Source: Candidatus Latescibacterota bacterium
Lineage (GTDB): Bacteria; Latescibacterota; UBA2968
Assembly (NCBI GenBank): GCA_965198115.1
Contig: OZ240241.1
Coordinates: 4,704,001 to 4,768,000, forward strand
DNA: 64,000 bases
Direction: 5' to 3'
The translations under genes were made by a program, and so were the position numbers. The notes under the pieces are model-generated. The model was not told where the DNA came from and made no database searches. It was given only the letters and a program-made list of their open reading frames with translations. Shown piece after piece: positions 41,973 through 51,566 of this stretch (position 1 is its first letter; every line of letters begins with the position of its first letter).

Positions 41973-43253
41973 ATGACTCTATCGACGACTTCACGTACGG
42001 GACTCTTCCTCGACCTCGGGGATACCCTCGTCCGAACCCGAGACGACGAAATCCACCTGACCGCGGACGGACGCGTCACCTTCCTGCCGAACGTGATCGA
42101 TCTACTCAGATCCCGTGCTACCGACTTCGACACTGTCTTCGTCATCACGAATCAGTCCGGGATCGAAAGAGGATACCTCACACCAGAAATCTCCAATGCC
42201 ATATGCGAGCAGATCGATCAGGCAATGCACGGTAAACTGACCGACTTCTGGGCGTCGCCTCTCAAGGCATCGGCCTATCGGAAACCGAACACGGGAATGA
42301 TCCTGGGCCTCGCAGATAAGCACTACATCGACCTCGAACGATCGACAATGGTCGGCGACTCGGAGAGCGACCGTCAGGCTGCTGAAGCTGCGGGAATCGG
42401 GACGTTCCTCTGGGCGAATGAGTTCTTCGGTTGGGAGAATGAGGACGGTGCAGAGGGAACGGAAATACTGACCCCTCGCAGTCCCCTCCACGAAAACGAA
42501 GTCTTCAAACGGGGCGACGTCGTCATCAAAGACGCCAGTGAGTGGACTGCTTCCGTGCATACGTTGCTGCGCCATCTCGAAGCACGTGACTTCCCCGCGC
42601 CACGGCTCGTCGGATCGGGTCGAGACGAGACCGGTCGAGAAACGCTCTCATACATCGACGGCGATGTGGGATGGACTGGCGCACTCAGTCTCGAAGACGC
42701 CATCGCGATCGGTCAGATGATCCGGCGTCTTCACGATGCGACGGCAACGTTCACCCCGCCACCCGATGCGGAATGGTACCCCTGGTGCGGCCGATCGCTT
42801 GGCGGACCCGATCGTGTCATCGGCCATTGTGATATTGCACCGTGGAACATCATCTGTCGCGATGGTCGGCCGGTCGCGTTCATCGACTGGGACTTCGCCG
42901 GACCCACGGACCCGCGAGTCGACCTCGCCCAGGCCTGCTGGCTTTCGGCCAAGCTACACGACGATCTCGTCGCGGAGCACGAGGGATTGCCGCCACTGGA
43001 AGATCGGGCCAGGATCCTTCGCGCCATCGTCGACGGATACGGTCTGTCCGCGGATCAGCGTGCCGGCTTCATCGACCTCATCATCGAATTCATCATCCAC
43101 TTCAATGCCTGGCAAGCCGACGAATTTCACATCACGTCGCAGCAGCATCCCTCCGACCCCATCATCGGTTGGGCGTTCGCCTGGCCATCCCGTTCCGCGG
43201 CCTGGATCCACCGCCATCGAAGCACCCTTCAGAACGCGCTCACCAGGGAGTAG
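41973..43253 (+). CDS. HAD-IIIA phosphatase fused to APH-like phosphotransferase
   Basis: DLGDT, ITNQSG, RKPNTGM, MVGD; then HCDIAPWN and IDWD. Confidence 0.82.
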   Translation: MTLSTTSRTGLFLDLGDTLVRTRDDEIHLTADGRVTFLPNVIDLLRSRATDFDTVFVITNQSGIERGYLTPEISNAICEQIDQAMHGKLTDFWASPLKASAYRKPNTGMILGLADKHYIDLERSTMVGDSESDRQAAEAAGIGTFLWANEFFGWENEDGAEGTEILTPRSPLHENEVFKRGDVVIKDASEWTASVHTLLRHLEARDFPAPRLVGSGRDETGRETLSYIDGDVGWTGALSLEDAIAIGQMIRRLHDATATFTPPPDAEWYPWCGRSLGGPDRVIGHCDIAPWNIICRDGRPVAFIDWDFAGPTDPRVDLAQACWLSAKLHDDLVAEHEGLPPLEDRARILRAIVDGYGLSADQRAGFIDLIIEFIIHFNAWQADEFHITSQQHPSDPIIGWAFAWPSRSAAWIHRHRSTLQNALTRE

Positions 43254-43440
43254 CCATCGACAGTTCGAAGAAGATCGAAATCCGATACCCGAGTAATGAC
43301 ATCTGATCTAAGAGATCTCAAGTATCGGATATCTCTGATCGGATCTCTGGTATCGTCCCTTCGTTTCTTGTCTTCCTCCCACGTCCGATCTCTCTCTATC
43401 TTGTTGTTCTCTTGGCCAGATCCTCACTCAGACTCACGCA

Positions 43441-44325
43441 ATGGCTCATAGCGTCTTTATCTACGGTACCCTGAAGCGGGACTTCCCCAATCACGACGAC
43501 CTAGGACTGTCCCCGTATTACGTTTCGGAAGCCAGGACTCTCGTCTCGTATCCTCTCTACGTGACGGGCCGTTGGTATTCCCCCGCCGTCGTCGACGAGC
43601 CTGGTTCGGGGTATCCGGTGACCGGCGAAGTCTACGAAGTCGACGATGCGACGCTCGCTCGAATCGATGCGCTCGAGTCCGTCGGCAGACCCGGCGGGTA
43701 TCGCCGGCTATGCGTGGAGATCGAAACGGGACAGCAACGGGAAGAGGCCTTCATCTACGTGATGGACCGACACGATCTCGAGGTGATTCATTGTGAAGAA
43801 TGCGGCAGCTATCTGGACAAACGCTACATCCATCGTCGAAAACGTCCCACGCCCCCGTGCGAATCCGTCAAAGACATCGCATTCATTGCGCACGACCCGA
43901 TGGCCTACGAGGACGTGACGGTTCGGCTCGAGTCGACGCGTCCCGCCGATCACGGACGAGCCTTCGTGCCCGCTTACAGTATGGGCGTTTACGATTCCGA
44001 AGGCGCGGTCCGTTATGGACAGATCACCTTGCGCGTGGGGGAAACCGACAACATCGTTCAATACGCCGGTCACGTCGGCTACGGCATCGACGAACCCCAT
44101 CGTGGGAAAAAACGGGCGGCCAAAGCGTGCTTCGCAATCCGCCCCCTCGTCCGAAAACATTACGTTCAGCTCATCATCACAACTAATCCCGACAACCGAG
44201 CATCCCAACGAACCCTCGACCGCATCGGCGCCCGACACATCGAAACCGTCGACGTCGACGAGAACAGCCCGACCTTCCTGATCGAAGGAAGTCGCAAAAA
44301 GATGCGCTACCTCTGGGCCCCGTAG
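43441..44325 (+). CDS. Gamma-glutamylcyclotransferase (AIG2-like) fused to GNAT acetyltransferase
   Basis: VFIYGTLK, VTGEVY, IDALE; then GHVGY.I..HRG, DNRAS. Confidence 0.82.
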   Translation: MAHSVFIYGTLKRDFPNHDDLGLSPYYVSEARTLVSYPLYVTGRWYSPAVVDEPGSGYPVTGEVYEVDDATLARIDALESVGRPGGYRRLCVEIETGQQREEAFIYVMDRHDLEVIHCEECGSYLDKRYIHRRKRPTPPCESVKDIAFIAHDPMAYEDVTVRLESTRPADHGRAFVPAYSMGVYDSEGAVRYGQITLRVGETDNIVQYAGHVGYGIDEPHRGKKRAAKACFAIRPLVRKHYVQLIITTNPDNRASQRTLDRIGARHIETVDVDENSPTFLIEGSRKKMRYLWAP

Positions 44326-44538
44326 CATAAAGGCCTAAGCGGCCATAACAGCTGTTGACAGACGTCCGTCGTCAGTTGTCAGACCTTATCTGAGCACACA
44401 TCCGGTTGCCATCGATGTTACGAAATGGCAACCGCGGGGAACTACCGGATAGCCTCCCCGGATAGGGTCGGGATCTCCCGGTCGAGTCACATCCGTGTTC
44501 ATCTGTGGTTCCCGTCTTGTCTGGCAAGAGGCACAGCT

Positions 44539-45839
44539 TTGAGTTCGAAATCGGGAAAACCCAACATCCTCATCATCCTCGCCGACGATCACGGCTGGGG
44601 CGACGTCTCCTACCACGGCGGCCCCCACCTGCTGACGCCCAACATCGACCGAATCGCGAACAGTGGCATCCGACTGTCTCACTTCTACGCCAACTCATCC
44701 GTCTGCTCGCCCAGTCGTGCCGCCCTGTTGACCGGCCGCTACCCCGACCGGGTCGGGGTGCCAGGGGTGATCCGCACGCATTCCGACCGCAGTTGGGGCT
44801 ACTTGAGCCCGTCAGCAGTGATCCTGCCCACCGTCCTCAAAAGAGCTGGATACCACACCTCCCTGATCGGCAAATGGCACCTCGGACTCGACGGTGACAG
44901 CCATCCGTGTCACAGAGGATTTCATCATTTCAAGGGTTTCCTCGGCGATATGATGGACGACTACCTAACCCATCTGCGTCACGATATCAACTATATGCGG
45001 CTCGACACGATGGAGATCCATCCAGAGGGTCACGCAACGGATCTGTTCACCCAGTGGTCGGATCGACTATATCGAAGAACGAGAAGATCACGACCAGCCC
45101 TTCTTCCTTCTTCTCGCTTATAATGCCCCACATACACCCATCCAGCCGCCCGACGAGTGGGTCGAAAAAGTCCGAGAGCGAGAACTGAACGCTTCCGACG
45201 AACGCGTCCGATACGTCGCCCTCATCGAACATATGGATGCAGGTATCGGCCAAGTTCTCGATACGCTCGATGCGACAAACCAGCTGGAAAACACGCTCGT
45301 CATCTACACTTCGGACAACGGAGGCCAAATGACAGTCGGGGCCACCAACGGACCTTACCGAGGGCAGAAGGGCGAAATGTACGACGGTGGCATCCGCGTT
45401 CCGGCCTGTGCAATGTGGACGGATCACATCGAACCCGGATCTGAAACCGACCAGGTTGCCCTCCTGATGGATCTCTTCCCGAACGGCCTGTCTCGCGGCT
45501 GGCGCGGAGTTCGATCACGAAATCGAAGGCCGGTCTATCCTGCCGACGCTCCTCGGCCACGCACAGGACCTGGGCGACCGCGTGCTCTACTGGGTACGGC
45601 GCGAAGGCGGCTCGGACTTTTATGGACTCACACAGCAAGCTGTGAGGAAGGGAGGCCTCAAGCTGCTGCAGAACCGGCCCGACAGTCCACTCGAACTGTT
45701 CGATGTGGACGTCGATCCGTACGAATCGAGCAACCGCATAGATGATCAGGAACAATCCGAGACAATGACCGCCATCCTACGCACCGAGATCCAAAAGGCA
45801 GGCGCTGTCCCCTGGCAAAAACCTGACGATCCAGAGTGA
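44539..45839 (+). CDS. Sulfatase (frameshifts near 45060 and 45480)
   Basis: KPNIL..ADD.GWGD, CSPSRAALLTG, GKWHLG, SDNG, ELFD..DPYE across three frames. Confidence 0.9.
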
Positions 45840-45942
45840 TCCAGCGCATTTCTCATTAGCAAAGGTCTTAGATCGGATTCTGTTCTGGCTTTCTGTTGAA
45901 ACAATTTGATTACTTGGAATCGGAAAGGAGCCGTTCCGACTA

Positions 45943-45972
45943 CCGACACTTCGACTCCGCTCAGTGTGACGG
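45943..45972. repeat. CGTC-type palindromic repeat, free intergenic copy
   Basis: CCGACACTTCGACTCCGCTCAGTGTGACGG; matches the copy inside the cytochrome gene. Confidence 0.75.
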
Positions 45973-46070
45973 TGCGTTGCCGGGCATTGTTTTGGCTCGA
46001 ACACTTGGTTGTAACAGCCAGGCAATGTTATTGTTGCTGCGAATCGTTTCCTGACAACTGAGGTTTCTCA

Positions 46071-47513
46071 ATGGGCATCCTACACGGGAACATCGTCGAC
46101 GCAGAGACCGGTCAACCCATCAGCGCCAAAGTCCACGTCCTGACCTCGAGCGGCCGCTTTTGCCACCCGGAGGACGCGATGCTGAAACGGGGTCCCGGTA
46201 CACCCTTCTTCTTTTGCGAAGGGTCGTTCGAAGTCACTGCGAATCGTGGACGGATCGACGTCCTTGTCGAGCGCGGGACCGAATACGAGCCGCACCGTGC
46301 CGTGGTAGAAATGCCTGCGCACGGCGCGAAAGACGTCGAGATTCGGCTAAAACGCTGGTATCACCCGCAAGAATCCAACTGGTACCCCGGCAACACCCAC
46401 ATCCACTACGATGAAAAAGAGACGCGCCCCGACGACCGTCTCGCCATCGACAGCAGCGTCGAGGGCTACAACGTCACCGTCGTCAGTGTGCTCGACCGTC
46501 GACAACTCCCCTATGCGAGCAACAAGTATCCGATCGGCGTGATGAACGAATTCACGACCGCTCACCACGTCCTCGACATCGGCGAGGAGAACCGGCACTA
46601 TGGCGAACATTCGCCCTGGGGAATGGGCTACGGCCACGTGATGTTCCTCAAACTCCGGAATCTCGTCCAGCCCGTCAGCAGAGGTCACATCCTCACTGCC
46701 CAGTTCGATCCCGACTATCCTCCCCTTTGCTTCTGCTGCGACGAAACACGCGAGCAAGGTGGCATCGTCATCTGGTGTCACAACGGCAAAGGACTGGAAG
46801 CTCCGATCGCCGCCGTCCTCGGCAAGCTCGACGCCTTCAACCTGTTCGACCCCTTCTGGGCGGATCCCGAGTACGATATTTGGTACAAACTCCTCAACTG
46901 CGGCATCCCCCTCCCCGCGTCAACCGGAACCGACTGGTTCGTCTGCTCCAACAACCGCGTCTACGTCAACACCAAGGCGGATTTCTCCTACGAAAGTTGG
47001 ATCGACGGAATGAAATCGGGCAACACATTCATCACAAACGGTCCCGCCCTCGACCTCCGAGTCAACGATCACGAGATGGGACAGACCGTCGACCTCGGAG
47101 GCGCCGGTGATCTCGACATCGAAGGCACCTTCACGTCCTTCTATCCCGTCCACAGAATCGAAATCATCCACAACGGCCACCTCGTTCACGCAGAGTCGTG
47201 GCCCGAAGGCAAGAGAGAGGGCAACATCCGCCACAAGATGAATGTCGAACGCGACGGCTGGATCGCCCTTCGCGCCTGGGGCGATCACCGGGACAGCTTT
47301 GATCAGTCCATCTACGCCCACAGCAGCCCCGTCTATTTCGATTGCGGCGTCGTCCCCGCCGAGCGAGAGGAATGCGTACAGCACTTCCTGTCCGGAATCG
47401 AAGAATCGTTCAAATGGATCGACAGCTACGGCCGCTACAGCAACGACCAGCAACGTGAGGACGTGAAAGAATTGTTCAGGAAGGGAAGAGACGCCTACAG
47501 TGCACTGCTGTAG
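46071..47513 (+). CDS. CehA/McbA-like PHP-fold metallohydrolase
   Basis: RGTEY, WYPGNTHIH, GEE, GH, WY.LLNCG, GTD, TNGP, AHSSPVY motifs. Confidence 0.82.
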   Translation: MGILHGNIVDAETGQPISAKVHVLTSSGRFCHPEDAMLKRGPGTPFFFCEGSFEVTANRGRIDVLVERGTEYEPHRAVVEMPAHGAKDVEIRLKRWYHPQESNWYPGNTHIHYDEKETRPDDRLAIDSSVEGYNVTVVSVLDRRQLPYASNKYPIGVMNEFTTAHHVLDIGEENRHYGEHSPWGMGYGHVMFLKLRNLVQPVSRGHILTAQFDPDYPPLCFCCDETREQGGIVIWCHNGKGLEAPIAAVLGKLDAFNLFDPFWADPEYDIWYKLLNCGIPLPASTGTDWFVCSNNRVYVNTKADFSYESWIDGMKSGNTFITNGPALDLRVNDHEMGQTVDLGGAGDLDIEGTFTSFYPVHRIEIIHNGHLVHAESWPEGKREGNIRHKMNVERDGWIALRAWGDHRDSFDQSIYAHSSPVYFDCGVVPAEREECVQHFLSGIEESFKWIDSYGRYSNDQQREDVKELFRKGRDAYSALL

Positions 47514-47545
47514 GCCGGATCAGCTTGGCAATTGTACTCGTGTAC

Positions 47546-47654
47546 AAAGGGCTAAAGCCCTTCGCTAAGAGAGCGAACCCGGCTGAAGCCGCCTATTGTC
47601 AATCAGCCCGCTTCAGCGGGCTTTGCGTTCGTAGCGTGGGGATTCATCCCCGCG
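47546..47654. repeat. GTAG-type REP doublet (REPIN-like)
   Basis: AAGGGCTAAAGCCCTT, AGCCCGCTTCAGCGGGCT and GTAG-CGTGGGGATTCATCCCCGCG palindromes in inverted arrangement. Confidence 0.7.
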
Positions 47655-47722
47655 TGCTCTGGAACGATCGTTCATTGACCGGGTTTTCCGGTTTCGGCCA
47701 GGCAAAGTAAAGGCGAGTTCCT

Positions 47723-49073
47723 TTGAGCCAACCCAACGTCATCTGGATCTTTGGCGATCAACACCGCGCGCAGGCAACCGGTTATATGGGCGATCCCAAC
47801 GCGAGAACGCCCAATCTCGATCGAATGGTCGCCCAGGGCGTCTCCTTCAGGCAGGCCATCTCCGGTTGTCCGTGGTGCACACCCTTCCGTGGCTCCCTCA
47901 TCACCAGCCGCTACACGCATCGTGCCGTCCAGCGCACCCCACAGGCGCTCGACACGAGCCTGCCCACGATCGCCGATACCTTCAACGAAAACGGCTATCG
48001 AACGGCCTGGTTCGGCAAGTGGCACCTCACTGGCGACAACGGCTTGATTCATGTCCCTCGTGAGGCTCGCGGACGTTTCGAGACCTGGATCGGTTACGAA
48101 CAACAACGCCCAGTACAAGTGCTGGGTCCACGGCCACGACGAAGACGGCCGCGACGACACAGATCCATTGCAGGAAAAACTTGAAATCTACGAAACCGAC
48201 GCCCTAACGAATCGCTTCATCGACTACATCGAAAAACGAAAGGACGGCGATCCTTTCTTCGCCGTCCTCAGCGTCCAGCCGCCGCACGGACCCTATGTCG
48301 CACCCCCGGAGTACGAGGCGCACTACAGTCCGGAATCAATCGTACTCCGTCCCAACGTCCCGGATCTACCACGGATCACAGACCGAGTTCGGAAGGATCT
48401 CGCAGGATACTACGCACAAATCGAAAACCTGGACTGGAACGTCGGTCGTATTCTCGACACCCTGGAGAAGCTCGGACTCTACGACAACACACACGTCTTC
48501 TTCTTCAGTGACCACGACGACTCACACGGCTCGAACGGCTCGAACGGCTACTTCGCGAAGAGCAATCCTTTCGAAGAATCTCTGCGGATCCCGTGTATCG
48601 TTCGACCCGCCGGTGGTCGGCGTGTGATCGAATCGAGCGACGCGGCCTTCAACACGGTCGACTTCGCACCAACCACGATGGGGCTATGTGGGATCGACAA
48701 ACCGAACTGGGCGGAGGGCACCGACTACAGCCATCACGTCATCACCGGTCGTCCGCAACCCGAGTCGGAACCAACGTCCGCTTACACTCAACAGTGCGTT
48801 CGCAAGCAGGCCCACTTCGATCGAACCTGGCGAGGCATCCGCACCAACGACGGATGGAAGTACATTTGCATCGAGGGCCAGCCATTCGTGATGTTCAACC
48901 TGAACGAGGACCCCTACGAGACGGTCAACCTCGCCTTCCAGCACGGACACCTTGAAAAACGCCAGGAGCTGCAAACCGAGCTCGCCACCTGGATCGAGCG
49001 CACGCACGATCAGTACCCATTGCCAGAACTGTATGGGGCGACCCACGTGTCGCCCCATAGCCCACGCACGTAG
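47723..49073 (+). CDS. Sulfatase (frameshift near 48100)
   Basis: QPNVI, RTPNLD, CTPFR, GKWHL; then PPHGPY, SDH, FNL.EDPYE. Confidence 0.9.
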
Positions 49074-49105
49074 ATACGCCATCGTCCGCCAATGGAGCCG
49101 TTCGA

Positions 49106-50119
49106 ATGAACCGTGCCACACGCTTCACCCTATTGATGGTCCTCGTCACGTCTGTTCCCGCGTGGGCCTGGAATGATACCGGCCACAGACTCGTCGCTCT
49201 TATAGCCTGGGAACAGCTGCCACAAACCAGTCGCACCGAGATCGTCAGCACCCTGCGCACCCACCCTCGCTTTGCCACAGATTTCACCCTCCCCACCGAC
49301 ATCACGAAGGCCGATCGGACGACCCAGGACCGCTGGCTCTTCGCCCACGCTGCGACCTGGCCCGACATCGCCCGGGGTCTCGACGGTGAAGAAAGGAAAA
49401 CTTACCATCACGGCACGTGGCACTGGATCAACGTCCCGTTCTACCTGACCGACGCGGATCACGAAGAGTTGGAGCCCGATCTGCCCACCAACCTGGAGCT
49501 GACGTGGGACGAGGACGTCCACGGCGCTGGCCGGCTCAACGTCGTCCAATCCATCGCGCGTTCCAGACACATTCTCAAACAGAAAAGCGCTTCCTCATCC
49601 GAGAAAGCGCTCGCCATCTGCTGGTTGTTTCACACGGTTGGAGACATCCATCAGCCCGTGCACTCGACCGCTCTGTTCACGAGTCGGCGATTCAGACGCG
49701 GCGACGCGGGCGGCAACGGCATTACGATCGAAGGCGTCGAGGACCTGCACGCCTTCTGGGACGACCTGGCCACCGACGTCGTGACGCTCGCGGATCACGA
49801 CGCCCTGATCGATCGGTTCACATCCGACGCCGGGGTCGTTCGGCAAGCGGTCACCGGCGCCCAAACGACGGAAACGGTCGGTTGGCTCGACGAAAGCCAC
49901 GACCTCGCCCGCGACGTTGTCTACAACGACCTCATCCTCGACACCGTGGCCGCGAACGAAGCCGTCTATGACACGTCCAAGTCCTGGCGCGACCAACCTT
50001 ATCTTCCCGAGGTCGCGCTATCGGATCATTACCGCCGTCGAGCCGAACGCGTCGCCATTCGCCGCCTCGTCCTCGCCGGCCACCGCCTCGCCGTCGTACT
50101 CAGAGAGGTTGGATTTTAG
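49106..50119 (+). CDS. Secreted S1/P1 nuclease
   Basis: Signal peptide then W..GH, WPD, WHWIN, H.VGDIHQPVH, D.GGN, LHAFWD, AGHRLA motifs. Confidence 0.93.
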   Translation: MNRATRFTLLMVLVTSVPAWAWNDTGHRLVALIAWEQLPQTSRTEIVSTLRTHPRFATDFTLPTDITKADRTTQDRWLFAHAATWPDIARGLDGEERKTYHHGTWHWINVPFYLTDADHEELEPDLPTNLELTWDEDVHGAGRLNVVQSIARSRHILKQKSASSSEKALAICWLFHTVGDIHQPVHSTALFTSRRFRRGDAGGNGITIEGVEDLHAFWDDLATDVVTLADHDALIDRFTSDAGVVRQAVTGAQTTETVGWLDESHDLARDVVYNDLILDTVAANEAVYDTSKSWRDQPYLPEVALSDHYRRRAERVAIRRLVLAGHRLAVVLREVGF

Positions 50120-50132
50120 TTCACGCTCGTTA

Positions 50133-50180
50133 TCCGGGGTTCTCCGAACCCGGGCTATCGACACGACCCCGTTGGGGTCG
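50133..50180. repeat. REP-like double palindrome
   Basis: CCGGGGTTCTCCGAACCCGGGCTA and CGACCCCGTTGGGGTCG; same architecture as 10972-11018. Confidence 0.6.
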
Positions 50181-50240
50181 AAAACGAGACATTTCAGTTT
50201 CTCGCAGCCTCCCTCAGATCTTTCGCGTCTTTGAGCCTTA

Positions 50241-51502
50241 GTGCATGGTTTCATAAACATTATTACGTATGTCCTGAACATTATTTGTAGCTTATGTTCT
50301 CCTTCAAAAGGAGGAGAACAATGCCAAGACGTTCGCCTTATGTGGTGCTACTGTCTGAGAAGGAACGGGTCGACCTCGAGCGAATGGCTGGACAATATAC
50401 GTTACCGTATTATCAAGTGATCCGATCGAAAATCGTGCTTCTCGCCGCCGAGGGATTATCCAACAAGATTATCGCCCAACGGTTGGATGTCCCGCGTCCG
50501 ATCGTAAGCAAATGGCGTAAGCGCTTTTTCGAAGAGCGTCTTTCGGGACTCGAAGATAGATCTCGTCCCGGGCGCCCGCCCGGTTTTCCCCCCTCAGGTG
50601 GTCGTTCAGATCAAGGCGCTGGCGTGTGAACTACCGAGCGAGAGCGGGATACCGCTCTCGCGGTTCAGCTGTTCCGAGATTGCCGCCGAGGCAGTGCAAA
50701 GGGGCTTCGTTGCCAAGATCAGCGGCGCCACTGTCTGGCGCTGGTTGAACGAGGACGCGATTCGTCCTTGGTATCATCGCTCCTGGATTTTCCCACGGGA
50801 CCCGGACTTCCAAACCAAAGCAGGTAGAGTCCTTGATCTGTATCACCGCCAATGGCAAGGAAAGCCTTTAGGGCCGAGGGAATATGTACTTTCTGCCGAC
50901 GAAAAGACCAGTATTCAAGCACGAGCTCGCAAGCACGTTACCCTACCGCCAGCCTCGAACAGAGCGGCACGCGTTGAAACACGAATACGAGCGGAAAGGA
51001 GCCCTGGCCTATCTGGCTGCTCTCGACGTGCACAATGGTCGAATCTTCGGTCTCTGTGAGTCTTCTTCGGGTATCGAGCCCTTCAACCGGCTCCTGAGCC
51101 TGATCATGAGCCGGAAACCCTATTGCTCGGCAAAGAAAGTCTACCTCATCGTGGATAATGGCTCCTCGCACCGAGGGCAAACATGCATCGACCGTATCCA
51201 GGGGAAGTGGCCAAACATCCACCCCGTTCACCTTCCGATCCACGCAAGCTGGCTCAATCAGATCGAGATCTACTTCTCGATCCTCAAACGCAAGGCTCTG
51301 ACACCTATCGAATTTGCATCGCTCGAAGAGCTTGAGGCAAGAATCCTCGGTTTTCAGGAACGCTACGGACGTATCGCCACACCCTTCAAATGGAAGTTCA
51401 CACGAACAGATCTCGCGGAGATGATCGACAAACTCAGGTTCTACGATACGCCCTTGGCAAAGTCTGCTTAGAATACGTCACCGTATTTGAGAACAGGAGT
51501 AC
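50241..51502 (+). mobile_element. IS630-family insertion sequence
   Basis: TA duplication (50239-50240, 51503-51504); imperfect IRs ending ..ACGTAT. Confidence 0.85.
50321..51471 (+). CDS. IS630-family transposase (probable programmed -1 shift at TTTTCCCCCC 50584-50593; extra shift near 50980)
   Basis: HTH..WRKRF..RPGRP, SADEK, IVDN.SSH, HASWLNQIE, PFKW motifs. Confidence 0.92.
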
Positions 51503-51566
51503 TAAGCGTCTTCGCGTCCCTGGCGTGCATTCTGCGTAATGTAGCCATTCGTCTCGGTGTAACTAT

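Noticed and set aside
48526-48549. 9-bp tandem duplication (HGSNGSNG) in a sulfatase
   Set aside because: In-frame micro-duplication with no evidence of function or phase variation.
50584-50593. Frameshift in the IS630 transposase as a novelty
   Set aside because: Programmed -1 frameshifting at such runs is well known in IS630 elements.
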